Positions 30,364 to 40,715 of a stretch of DNA of 64,000 bases are shown here, one piece after another. Under the pieces are notes generated by a model that made no database searches, was not told the DNA's origin, and saw only the letters and a list, made by a program, of their open reading frames with translations. A program made the translations under genes and the position numbers. Origin of the DNA: Methanomassiliicoccaceae archaeon (GTDB taxonomy: Archaea > Thermoplasmatota > Thermoplasmata > Methanomassiliicoccales > UBA472); the NCBI GenBank assembly GCA_963768775.1, contig CAVYIY010000005.1, positions 79,776 to 143,775 on the forward strand, written 5' to 3'. Each line of letters starts with the position of its first letter. Within the stretch, counting starts at the first letter, position 1.

Positions 30364-31072
30364 ATCGCGCTCGCCTCCGGCAGGTCTATCTCGGGCACCT
30401 TCGTGCCGACGACGAACACGTTGTTCTTCACCGTCGATCGTGCCGTCCTTGAACTTGACCAGGTTGGGGGACGTGAGTTCGGGTGACGATGTACTCCTCG
30501 ATGACCACGATCTCGCCGACGTGGGCACCGGCGATGACCAGCGCGATGTTGCCCTTGGACAGCTTGTAGATCTCCAGGATCTTCTGGCTCGGCAGCTCCA
30601 GCTTGAGCACGTCGCCGGTCTTATAGGCGTCCTTGGCCACCAGGAGGTTGCGTCCGTCGTGCAGGTTGAGCTGGGTCTTGCCGCCGGTGACGGTGGTCTT
30701 GCCTTCGATGCGGCACAGCTTCCAGGCCTGCTTGCCTTCCGGCACCTTGACCAGGCGCAACTTGCCGTTCCGGTCGAGCATCATGCGGTAGTGCTGTTCG
30801 ATCTTCGGGATGGACACCACGTCCATCAGCCCCACCGGGAACCGGAGGTCGGTGACGACCCGTCCGTCCACCAGCACCTGGCGATCTCCCAGGATGCGCT
30901 TGCACCTTCCTCGGCGGTGTCGCAAGGCCGAGCATGTCACGGAGCACGATCACCATGGGCATGCTCTCCTCGATCGCGTGGGGCCCGGGCGAGGGCTTGT
31001 GATCCAGACGTTGGTCTTGCGTGGTACTGGCCAGCTCCGCGGCGCCGTCAGTCTCTTCATGTCGTTGCTCAT
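30360..31072 (-). CDS. rps4e: Ribosomal protein eS4 (several frameshifts)
   Basis: KRL.AP.SW, PGPH, FPVGLMDV, QLNLHDGRN. Confidence 0.92.
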
Positions 31073-31446
31073 GAGGATACCTCCTTCTCTCTGGAGCTTC
31101 TCCTTCCTCCACGGGTCGTTGAGGTCCAGCTTGGTGATCATGACGTTGGACGCGTGGACCGAGCGGGCCTTCATGGTGCCGTCGGCCTTTGGCATGGTGA
31201 CGCCTTCGATGATGATCCGTCCGGTCTTGGTGTTGACTTCTGTGACCTTACCCTCCACGCCCCAGGATCCCTCGTCACCGCGCATGATCTTCACGGTGTC
31301 GCCCTTGACGACCCGAGCGAGCGCGAGTGCTGGTACTCCTTCATCAGCTCGTCGCTGAGGTGGGAGGACACGTCTTCCGCCTGCACGTGGGTCGGGGCGT
31401 TGTACAGGGCCTTCCTCTGCTTCCTTGCTTGCTTGCTCTTTTCCAT
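31069..31446 (-). CDS. rpl24: Ribosomal protein uL24 (frameshifted)
   Basis: SKQ.RKQRK..YNAP, KGDTVKIMRG, HASNVMITKL. Confidence 0.9.
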
Positions 31447-31455
31447 TCTCTCACC

Positions 31456-31859
31456 TCAGATGATCGTCGAGGCCGTGGCTGCGATGCGGGGCCACCTCTC
31501 GGCGGCCTCCCTGGCGACTGCTCCCTTTATGTCGCTGCCCTTGGTCTCTCCTTCCTCTGTGGTGATGACCGCGGCGTTGTCCTCGAACTGGACCATCGTC
31601 CCGTCAGCGCGCCGGAACGGGCGCCTCTGGCGGACGATGACGGCGTAGACGACCTGCCGCCTCATCTCCGGCGTTGCCCTTCTTGACCGACGCGACGACG
31701 ATGTCGCCGACGCCGGCGGACGGGTACGCCTTCGGACCACGCCGTGGTATCCCGGGACGGCGATGACCGCTGATGGTCTTAGCGCCGGTGTTGTCAATGA
31801 CATCGAGGATCGTGCCGGTGCATGACTCCTCTGGTCTGCTTGCCTGCTATTCCCTTCAT
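31456..31859 (-). CDS. rpl14: Ribosomal protein uL14 (frameshifted)
   Basis: DNTGAK, AVIVRQR...RR.DG....[18 protein letters not shown]. Confidence 0.92.
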
Positions 31860-31864
31860 GGCAT

Positions 31865-32196
31865 TCACCTCTTCTCGACGATGACGAACGATACCGTCTT
31901 GCTGAGCGGCCTGCACTCCGACGATCCGCACCTGGTCGCCTGGCTTGATGCCCAGGCAGGGCGGGTTGTGGACGGAGTAGTGGCTGGTCCTCTTCTCGTA
32001 TCTTTCGTACTTCTGGTCATACTTCAGGTAGTTGCTCTCGACCACGGCGGTACTTGTTCATCTTGACGGAGATGACGACCCCGTCGATGATCTGTCCCCT
32101 CACCGGCAGCTTCGCCGTGGAAGGGGCAGTGCTTGTCGTCGCAGGTGGTCTCGGGGCCTTAACATCAATGCCGATATCTTTGACCTCACCATTCAT
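31865..32196 (-). CDS. rps17: Ribosomal protein uS17 (frameshifted)
   Basis: [23 protein letters not shown]. Confidence 0.9.
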
Positions 32197-32206
32197 TAGA
32201 TTCACC

Positions 32207-32476
32207 TCATTTTCTTGATCCGATCTTCTGGTCGGTGCTGAATCTCTGATCCCAGAACTGTGATCTTTTCGCTCTCGTATGTGAACTGGAAACTGTTGCC
32301 TGTCTTGGGGACCATGACGTCCTTCCCGTCAGTGCTCGATGGTGAAGGTGTTCTTGCGTCTCGTCCACCACGATGCCGGCGATCTGCTTGTAGCCGGGGT
32401 GGCCCGACTCGACGACCTCAACCTCCAGACCAATGAATTCCAGTTTCATGAAATCCCTTTTCCTCATGCTCTTCAT
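32207..32476 (-). CDS. rnp1: RNase P protein Rpp29/Pop4 (frameshifted)
   Basis: EFIGL.VEV, G.VVDET, RPEDRI; conserved position. Confidence 0.85.
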   Translation of the reverse strand: MKSMRKRDFMKLEFIGLEVEVVESGHPGYKQIAGIVVDETQEHLHHRALTGRTSWSPRQATVSSSHTRAKRSQFWDQRFSTDQKIGSRK

Positions 32477-32775
32477 CTGACTTCGGTCTTGAAGCCCATC
32501 TCTTCCAGGGCCTTTCTGCACTTTCTTCTTGTGGTCTCCCTGGAGCTCGATCTTGCCGTCCTTGGCCGTGCCGCCGGCAGCGCACTTGTTCTTCAGCTTC
32601 TTGCGCCAGGTCGTCGATGTCGATGTCGTTGTCGTCGATAGCCCTCGACGACGGTGACGATCTTGCCGTAGCGCCGGCTGTCGGTGTATATCTTGACGGT
32701 CTGCTGTTCACGTGCGATCTCCTCGCACATGCACAGCTCTTTTGGCAGTCCACATACGGAGCAAATTTCAGCCAT
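32473..32775 (-). CDS. Translation initiation factor aIF1/SUI1 (frameshifted)
   Basis: [30 protein letters not shown]. Confidence 0.92.
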
Positions 32776-32974
32776 TACTTCTCTTCCTCCTTCTGGACGG
32801 TGAGTATCCTGGCGATGTTGGTCCTGATCGCCCGGATCCTGCCAGGGTTGGCGGGAGCACCGCCCATCGCTGCCGTGCCCCTCTCGTGCATGAGCTCGTC
32901 CTGGAGCTCGCGGAGCTTGTGCCGCGGTCGTTCCGGTTCATCGCCTTGATCTCCTTCACTCTGAGCAGCGCCAT
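32775..32974 (-). CDS. rpl29: Ribosomal protein uL29 (frameshifted)
   Basis: MA.LR..EI, GGAP.NPGRI..IR..IARILT. Confidence 0.88.
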
Positions 32975-33741
32975 TACCCTGACGCCTCCTTCTTCTCCTC
33001 GCCTTCGGTCCGCGCTCTGCTCCTGCAAGGCCTGGCGGCCTCTGCGGCCGCCTCTTCCTCGGAGCGCACCGCGACCGCGAGCGCGCTCTGCTCCTTCGGA
33101 GCGATCAGTGTCCGCCATCTCCGGCAATGCCTTCAGCGCCTCTTCCATGCTCAGGACGTCGATCTCGTCGGGCAGCGTGCGTCCGGGTCCATGATCTCCA
33201 CCTTGACGCCGATGACGCCGGGCTTGAGCTTGGCGACGGCGAATCCTTGGCTGATGAACTTCAGCTTCGGGCTCACCGCAGAACTTGATGTAGCCTTCCT
33301 TGAACTTCTCGGTGCGGTGCCTCTCTCCGGTCAGCTTGCCGGATGATGACGATGAGGCATCCCCTGGCGCCCGAGTCCATTATCCTGCGGACGGTGGAGT
33401 GACCGGCCCGTCTGAAGTGCCAGCCCCTCTCCAGCGCGAAGGCCAGCTTCTCGGCCATGATCTGCGCGTTGAGGTTGGGGTCGTCGACCTCCTGGACCTC
33501 GATCTGCGGGTTGTCGAACTTGAAATCGTCCTCGATGGCCTTGGTCAGCGTCTTGATGGCTGCGCCGCGGCGTCCGATTACGATTCCCGGCCTCTCGGTG
33601 ATCAGCGTCACCCTGGTGCCCATCGGGGTCCTCTGGACGTCGACGCCACCGAAGCCTGCCCGGTCGACGGTCTTCATCAGGTATTCCTTCAGCAGGATCC
33701 TGCGTGATGTTCTCCGCGACGAACTTCCTCTCGCTTGCCAT
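32974..33741 (-). CDS. rps3: Ribosomal protein uS3 with Ala/Glu-rich tail (frameshifted)
   Basis: RAGFGG, RPG.VIGRRG, LERGWHFRRAG. Confidence 0.93.
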
Positions 33742-34193
33742 TTACTCCATCTCCTCAAGGATGACTTCGATGTTCACGGTCTGTTGGTTCCACTGGGTGG
33801 CTCGACCGTAGGCCCGCGGCATCTGTCCCGGGATGGTCCGTCCCAGGTGGGTGGCGATGACCTTGAGCCTCATGTTCTCCGCGTCCAAGGCCCTTGTACT
33901 CGGCGTTGTGCTTGGCGCTCTCGATGGCCTCGATGAAGGCCTTGGCCGCCTTCTTGCGGGAATCGGCCGGGTCCTACGCCGGCCTTGTGCGCGACACCGG
34001 TGTTGTAGCGGCGGATCGGGACCGGCCTCTTCAGCTCGGCGACCTCCTCCAGCATCTTCAACGCGACGGCGACCTTCTTACCCCTGATCATCCGGCAGAT
34101 CTCACGGGAGAACTTCGGTGAGATGGGCATTCTCCTTCCCGATTGCTCGGGCGGTAGTGTCCGGGTCTGGTACTCTTGTGTGTATCCAGCCAT
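33742..34193 (-). CDS. rpl22: Ribosomal protein uL22 (frameshifted)
   Basis: ISPK.S.EI, VAH, GR.P, NA.YKGLD. Confidence 0.9.
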
Positions 34194-34202
34194 GTTCTCA
34201 CC

Positions 34203-34668
34203 TCACTTCAGCGGCAGGAACTTCGACGACCTGGTCGCACCGACACCTGGTCCAGAGTGCTTCACGATCTTGCGGGTCAAGGCGAACTCGCCCAGGAAGT
34301 GCCCGATCATCTCGGGCCTGATCTCGACTTCCTTGAACTCCTTTCCGTTGTGAATGGCCACCTTCTTTCCGACGAACTGCGGGAATGATGGGGATGTCCC
34401 TGCGGTGCGTCCGGACGACCTCTCCCTCGCTCGCCTTGATCTTCTCGAAGGCGGTCTTCTGCTCGTCGTTGAAGTCCCCGGACGAAGCTCCTCCTTATCC
34501 GGGAGGGCATTAGGTCGAGGACCTCATCGAACGGCATCTCCAGCAGCTCGCTCCATGGTAAAGCCGCGGTAGGTGAACTCCTTCTTCCGCTTGCGCCTGG
34601 AGCACTCCCTTCTTCTTCCTCTGCTTCCTTCTCGAGGACTTGGTACCTGTCATCTTTTCTTCAGCCAT
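34203..34668 (-). CDS. rps19: Ribosomal protein uS19 (frameshifted)
   Basis: EFTYRG, RTH.RD, MIGH.LGEF, GATRSS.F.PLK. Confidence 0.9.
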
Positions 34669-34673
34669 TCAGA

Positions 34674-35385
34674 TCACCTCTTCTCCTTTTTCTTCTTCTG
34701 GGGCGAGAGGCGTCCGACCTTCCTTCCTGGAGGTGCGTTCCTCGACACAGTGCTGGCTTACCGACATGCGGGTGACCGCCACCGCCGTGCGGGTGGTCGA
34801 CCGGGTTCATTGCGATACCCTTGACCTTGAAGTAAGCCTTGGACTTGCTGCGCCGGTAGGCGTGGAACTTGTTTCCGGCCTTGCGAACGGCTTCTCCTTT
34901 GCCCACCGCCAGCGACGATCCCGATGCGAGGCCCGGCAGCGCGGGTCAAAGCTGCTGAACGCTCCGGACGGCATCAACAGCGAGACCTTGTCGCCCTTGG
35001 TGACGACCGTTGCCGAGGTTCCGGCGGTCTTGATGTACTTGCCACCGTCTCCTGGCCGGCCTTCGACGTTGAAGACCAGCGTTCCTTCCGGGACGTTCGC
35101 GAGTGGCATGATGTTGCCGGAGACGATCTCCGGCGTTCCGTCCACGCATGACCTTCTGTGCCGACCATCATTCCCTCGGCGGCGATCATGATCGTCGATG
35201 TTGCCACCGAAGTCGACCTTTGCCACCGGGCCAGGTCTTGCCCGGTGCGTGAATGAGATCCACTACCTTGCCGACTTCTTGTCGCGCCACGGGATGCTTC
35301 ATGACGCCCAGGTGCCTGTGGCTCGGCGAGCGGTAGACTGATCCGCCCGTGGCCTCTCCTTTGCTGTCTTAGATTGTTTTCCCAT
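34674..35385 (-). CDS. rpl2: Ribosomal protein uL2 (frameshifted)
   Basis: [32 protein letters not shown]. Confidence 0.93.
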
Positions 35386-35396
35386 GATAACCCACC

Positions 35397-35682
35397 TCAG
35401 AACACTCCGATCCTCATTCCGATGTCCTCGGCCGAGTATCCCTCGGCCAGCTTGACGATGGCATGCTTACCATCCCGGGCGATCCGGGTCCAGACCTTCG
35501 AGACCTTGACATCGAAGCGCTCCTCGAAGGCCTTCTTGATCTCGCTCCTTGGTGGCGGCTCCTCAACACGATGAACTCCAGCTTGTTGCCGTCCTTGAAG
35601 TCCTGGGTCGGGGTGCCCGTCATGTGGTTCATCGTCTTTTCTGTGACGAACGGGTGCAACAGAATGTCCTCTCTTGGACCAT
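35397..35682 (-). CDS. rpl23: Ribosomal protein uL23 (frameshifted)
   Basis: HP.VTEK, NKLEF.V, AEDIG.RIGVF. Confidence 0.9.
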
Positions 35683-35684
35683 TC

Positions 35685-36469
35685 TCACCACTCTCCTACT
35701 TTCTTAAGGGCGGACTCGGAGAACACCGTCAGCCTGCCTGCGTCGCCGCCTGGGGCCAGTAGGCCCGGGTTCAGCTTCTCCGGCAGTTACGATCTCGACT
35801 CCGGCCAGGTTCTTGGCGCCGATGAACAGGGCCGCTTGCGGGTCCGACGACCACGATGAGTATGCCGCGAGGCGCCTTGAACCGCCTGCCTCTCATCTTG
35901 CCCTTTCCCGGCCTGACCTTCTTGCCTTCCTTGGCCCGGATGACATCTCCCTCGAGCCCCATGCTCCTGAGGGCCAGGAGCACCTCGGAGGTGGTGTTCA
36001 GCGTCTCGATGTCGTCCTCGACGACGACCGGCAGGGTGACGTTCTCGTCGAACTGGTGGCCGCGCTTCTTGACCTGTCCGCGTCGGCAGGTGCAGGCTAG
36101 GGCGGAGAGCCTAGCGAGGATCCTCTCCTTCCGGTTGCACTTCAGGGACCAGTCCTTCTCGGCCTTCGGCGGGAACGCCCGGCGGCCGCCGACGTTGTTG
36201 GGCGATTCGGCGGCCTTCGCTCCCTGTGTGAGCCTCTGGACCCGCGCGACTCCACGGCCCTTTCCCCAGGTGGAGACGGCAGTGCCTGATACCGGCGCCT
36301 CGGCGAGCCCGTAGGGCTGCCTCCTGTTCGCCTCCTCGGCGACGACTGCCTTCCTGATCACATCAGGGCGGTAGATGGTGTGGAACACGGTCGGCAGGTC
36401 CGCGGTCTTGACGACGTCGCCCTTGAGGGAATAAACGTTGACTTTATTCCGTTTCTTCTTGGCCATCAT
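35685..36469 (-). CDS. rpl4: Ribosomal protein uL4 (frameshifted)
   Basis: RPD.I.KAV, WG.GRG.AR, GGRRA.PPK, GKGKMRGRR, LAPG...GRL. Confidence 0.93.
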
Positions 36470-36471
36470 GT

Positions 36472-37481
36472 TTAGGCCCCCTGCTTGGATTCTAGTGATA
36501 CGTACACCATGTTCGGGCGCCTCCTTCAGGACGGTGCCAGCTCGTTCCTTACCGGGTCCCGCAGGCGGACCAGTCTCTTGGTCGGTCCCGGCACTGAGCC
36601 GTGGATCAGAACGTAGTGGTTGACGACCTGCCCGTAGTGCACGAACCCGCCCTTGGGGTTGATCTCTTCGCCCTTGGTGCCGATCTTGAGGACCCGCTTG
36701 TTGATCTCGGTCCTCTGGTGGTAGCCCATCTGACCGGCCTGCGGCACGGTCGGGCCGGACGTACCCGGGCCTCTTCGGCGCCAAGGGTACCGACCATGCG
36801 GCGGTGCTTGCTGTTCTTGTGGGACAGCAGCTTCATTCCCCAGCGCTTGATCGCTCCCTGGAATCCCTTCCCCTTGGTGATCGCGGCGACGTCGATCATC
36901 GTCGCCGTCCTTGGCGAAGTCGGTGACGGTGATGTCCTTGCCCAGGATGGACTTGGCATACTCCATCCTCTTGTCCATGGAGCCGCCGCCGATGCGGAGT
37001 TCCATGAGCTCGGGCTTCTTCTTCGGCACGCCCTTCACCAATTTCGGCTGGGTGTAGGCCAGAATGCGAATGTCCTCGATATCGATGTCCTTCAGCTTCT
37101 CCCAGGCCTTCTCTGCTTCCTCCTTCTTGGGGATGGGGAGCAGACGGGACAGGGTCTCATCGACGTTCGGGGCCCAGACCTCTCCGGCGGTTCTCAGGCC
37201 ATAGCGGGTGTTCTCGTAGATCCTGATCGCCGCCACCTTCATCGGTGGGACCTCAACAACCGTTACCGGGACTCTCAGTCTCCTGGCCGGCGGTGGTGCT
37301 TTGTCTAGCGGAAATCGACGATGAAGGCATGGGTCATTCCGGCCTTGTAACCGGCGAATCCCTGAACCTTAGGGCCTTCGCTGATCTCTGGCCAGGCATC
37401 CATCCTGGGCGTCTGTCGCTTCGCTCTCTTCCTTGGCGAATACGCTTTCGAACCTTGTCTTGGACGTCTTATGTTCGACAT
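36472..37481 (-). CDS. rpl3: Ribosomal protein uL3 (frameshifted)
   Basis: [43 protein letters not shown]. Confidence 0.95.
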
Positions 37482-37665
37482 GATTCCCCCTCTCAGCTCT
37501 ACGAGAGAGTACACTCTCTGTTGCTAACGCTCGATTCCGAAGAGTGTCTTTCGTGAACCTTCGACCGTGACACCGTTCTCGTGGTCCAGAATGGTTGGAC
37601 CACGGCAAAGGGATGCTGTCGCATTGCCCATGGGGTCTGGTCGAACGTCCTTAGCGCGTTGAGCG
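37482..37665 (-). promoter_or_regulatory. Long structured 5' leader of the rpl3 superoperon (TATA TTATATAG at 37692-37685)
   Basis: Several complementary stems including a perfect 9-bp hairpin at 37580-37604; no credible ORF. Confidence 0.55.
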
Positions 37666-37766
37666 AAGTGCGATACTGGTCTATCTATATAAGTCAATCG
37701 GTGACTACCAGTTGCGCCCGATGGATCATCTGGATATATCGTTTGGCAAGGAAAGGTGGATCAGCC

Positions 37767-38087
37767 TTAGAGTTTGCCTTCCTTGGCCTTCTTCTGGAGG
37801 CGCTTCGACCGCTCCTTCGATGTGAAGCCGGTCGCCTGCTCCAGGAACTTGTTCCATTGCTTGACCGTCTCCGTCTGCACCTCGATCGGAACGGTCTTAT
37901 CGGTCGTGTTCGAGATGTCCATGGCGGTCTTGCTCAGCACCTTAACCTCCACCCTGGTTATCGCACCGAAGGAGGAGACCAATTTGCCCCCCTCGTCCTT
38001 GGCGTTGCCGAAGACTGACGACATGATCTGCTTCAACTTGTCCCCTTCAATATTCGGATAATGCCCCTTTCTGATGTCGTACTCCAT
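37767..38087 (-). CDS. DUF5611-family protein
   Basis: Y.I.KG, N.FL..ATGF..KER.K pattern. Confidence 0.75.
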   Translation of the reverse strand: MEYDIRKGHYPNIEGDKLKQIMSSVFGNAKDEGGKLVSSFGAITRVEVKVLSKTAMDISNTTDKTVPIEVQTETVKQWNKFLEQATGFTSKERSKRLQKKAKEGKL

Positions 38088-38132
38088 CCGATCCCTTCCG
38101 ATGCAATCGAAATATGATACCTAGCTATAAAT

Positions 38133-39137
38133 TCAATCGAAGAGCAGCTCGTCCGCGAGATGGCGCTCGACATCGACCGAGGTGCGCATCAATCCCTGCA
38201 ACCTCAACTCGGTTTGCCAACGGTTGCGGCATTCGCAGTCCAGGTTCTCGAATTCCTTTGTGTCCTGGCTGAACGAGTGTCTTTTCACCGCGTCGATGAA
38301 GGAAGCATCGCACTTCTCGCAATTGTGCACGCCGCGCAAGCTCCCGGCTCCGCTGGGCGAGGAGAACACGCGCTTTTCCGTGAGCGTCTTGCCCGCCTTC
38401 AGCACCTCGACCAGCGAAAAGAGCCAAGGCGGCCGGTAGTCACCTCTGCGCCATAGCCTTTCCACCATCGTGTCCTTCTGCACGTTGATGGGATTGATGG
38501 AGATGCTTTCGGAATAGGGAGCAGCGAACTCGATGGAGGCGATGGTATCTTGCAGCGCCTGCTTCTCGGTCAAGAAGGGCGGCTTGAGCAGAAGATAGGT
38601 GCGAACCGGAATCCCCTTCTCATTCAACAGTGAGGCAGCTCTCTCATAGTCCTCGACCGAGAATCCCTTCTGCACACATCTGCGAAGGATCTCGTTATTG
38701 GCGCTCTCCAGTCCGAGAGCTACCTGCACTCGTTCTTTGGGTAATGTGATGAGCTCGTCGACCGTAACGAACTCAGGCCTCGATTCGAAAAGGATCCTTC
38801 TGGCCGAGGGGAAGGCATCCATGATCGCCGTCCGAGCTTCGAGCGGGATCTCGTTCTGATCGAGGAAGCTTCCTGAGGTGTAGATCTTTATGAACTTCTC
38901 GTCTTCATAGCGCTCGATCGCCACCTTCAACTGGGCAAGTATGTCCTGGAGGCCGATCGAGCTGTCGCTGGCGGAATTGTAGCCGCACATCAGGCAGCCT
39001 TTCCTCTTGGACCACCAGCAGCCCGAGGTTCGGAGGATGAGCACCATCGCTCTCACCCTCTCGCCCTCGAGGAGGTCTTCCTCCTTCCAGAGCGCCTCTG
39101 GCGTCTGAGTCCGGTCCTCTAACGAAGTCCTTCTCAT
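38133..39137 (-). CDS. Archaeosine biosynthesis radical SAM protein RaSEA (TIGR01210-type)
   Basis: LRT.GC.W....GC.MCGY, KI.TSGSFLD, ESRPE, YLLLKP.FL.E, YRPPWL.S, RG.HNC. Confidence 0.88.
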   Translation of the reverse strand: MRRTSLEDRTQTPEALWKEEDLLEGERVRAMVLILRTSGCWWSKRKGCLMCGYNSASDSSIGLQDILAQLKVAIERYEDEKFIKIYTSGSFLDQNEIPLEARTAIMDAFPSARRILFESRPEFVTVDELITLPKERVQVALGLESANNEILRRCVQKGFSVEDYERAASLLNEKGIPVRTYLLLKPPFLTEKQALQDTIASIEFAAPYSESISINPINVQKDTMVERLWRRGDYRPPWLFSLVEVLKAGKTLTEKRVFSSPSGAGSLRGVHNCEKCDASFIDAVKRHSFSQDTKEFENLDCECRNRWQTELRLQGLMRTSVDVERHLADELLFD

Positions 39138-39302
39138 CGACTATCCTCGATCTGCTGACTGAAGACCGAAGTCGTGGATATGCATAAACCTATTGGACTG
39201 CCCCAGCGGGTCAGGCAATCGAATTCTCAGACACCCAGGAGATTGGCAGAACCGAATCCTTTTTAACTGATTGGCGTCCTTGTTTGCGACGAGAGGTTTT
39301 TT

Positions 39303-40679
39303 ATGCCAAGGAGAATTGTTGTCATAGGTGCTGGTGCTGCCGGACTGACCGCCGCCTCCACCGCGAGAGAGAACAACCCAGAGGCAATAATCGATGTCTT
39401 CACCGAGGACGAGCATGTCGCCTATTCGCCTTGCGCCGTCATCTATGCCATCGAGGGCGTGATCAAGGAATTCGATTCGATAATAATGCACACGCCGGAG
39501 TTCTACAAGGAGAAGCGCAACATCTCGGTGCACACCAGGACCAGGGTCGCTGCTGTTGACATGGACAAGAAGACGGTGACGCAGGCCGACGGCACCGTCA
39601 TGCTCTATGATTCCCTGGTGCTCGCCGCCGGCGCAAGGATGTTCGTTCCTCCCATAGAAGGAGCGAAGCTCCCCGGCCTCTTCACCATCAAGACCGTGAG
39701 CGATGGAAAAGCTATCAAGGCCGCTCTCCAGACCACGGACTGTGTGGTGATCGCAGGGGCTGGCGTCATCGGACTGATGATGGCTGTCGCCGTCAGGAAC
39801 CTGGGGAAGAAGGTGACGGTCGTCGAGATGTATCCGAGCGTGATCCCGCGAATAATCGATGAGGATATGGCGGCGCTCGTGCAGAAGCATTGCGAGGGGC
39901 TGGGCATTCAGTTCGTCATGGGCACTCCGATCACAGCCGTCAAGGGAAATGCGAAGGTCGAGTCGGTAGTGGCTGGAGGGAAGGAGTATCCCTGTGGAAC
40001 GGTGATAATGGCGACCGGGGTGAGGGCCAATCTGGAGCTGCCGAACTCGATGGGATTGGAGGTCGGTCAGCTAGGCGCCGTCCGAGCCAGCACCACTCTG
40101 CAGCCGTATCGGAAAGGCCGTTTGGTGAGTGATGTCTACGTGGCCGGAGACATGATCATGTGCCAGAGTGCCGTGACCCCCGGCCCGACCATGAGCCAGC
40201 TCGGATCGACCGCGGTGAGGCAGGGTCGCGTGGCCGGCGTCAACGCCGCCGGCGGGTACGCGACATATCCAGCGGCGCTGTCGCCCTGGATCACCTATCT
40301 AGGCGAGATCCAGGCGGCCGGGACCGGCCTGTCGAAGGGACTGGCGGATTATTTCGGGTTGAGCACCGTGGAAGGCAAGGCCGTCGGGCTAACCCGAGCG
40401 CGATACTATCCCGGCGGCAAGAGCATCACTGCCAAGATCATCGCTGACAAGGAGACGCACCGGATCCTCGGGGCGCAGCTCGTCGGCGGAGAAGACGTCA
40501 CCGGGCGCATCAATTGGCTCACGGCATCGATCCTGAAGGGCGCGACGGTGGAGGATTTCGCCACCTCGTTCGAGAACGCTTACTGTCCCCCGACCTCCAT
40601 GGTGAAGGACGTCGTCAACCAGGCCGCGGAGACGCTGATGGAACAGCTCAAGGCCGCCTGCGCCAAGAGGATCAGCTAG
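39303..40679 (+). CDS. NADH oxidase/CoA-disulfide reductase family flavoprotein
   Basis: GAGAAG FAD site, YSPC redox Cys, GAGVIG NAD(P)H site, ATG.RAN, AGD, ILGAQ, AY.PP. Confidence 0.88.
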   Translation: MPRRIVVIGAGAAGLTAASTARENNPEAIIDVFTEDEHVAYSPCAVIYAIEGVIKEFDSIIMHTPEFYKEKRNISVHTRTRVAAVDMDKKTVTQADGTVMLYDSLVLAAGARMFVPPIEGAKLPGLFTIKTVSDGKAIKAALQTTDCVVIAGAGVIGLMMAVAVRNLGKKVTVVEMYPSVIPRIIDEDMAALVQKHCEGLGIQFVMGTPITAVKGNAKVESVVAGGKEYPCGTVIMATGVRANLELPNSMGLEVGQLGAVRASTTLQPYRKGRLVSDVYVAGDMIMCQSAVTPGPTMSQLGSTAVRQGRVAGVNAAGGYATYPAALSPWITYLGEIQAAGTGLSKGLADYFGLSTVEGKAVGLTRARYYPGGKSITAKIIADKETHRILGAQLVGGEDVTGRINWLTASILKGATVEDFATSFENAYCPPTSMVKDVVNQAAETLMEQLKAACAKRIS

Positions 40680-40715
40680 CGACGCTCGTTGCGCGTTGGA
40701 ACCGGGCTCAGCACC

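Noticed and set aside
27050-37300. Programmed frameshifting or pseudogenisation of ribosomal protein genes
   Set aside because: Essential genes, indels at unrelated contexts with no shared slippery motif, often compensating, and proteins otherwise conserved; assembly error is far more likely.
37482-37690. SRP RNA, RNase P RNA or tRNA in the rpl3 upstream region
   Set aside because: No SRP helix-8 motif, RNase P conserved boxes or cloverleaf recognised; treated as a cis leader.
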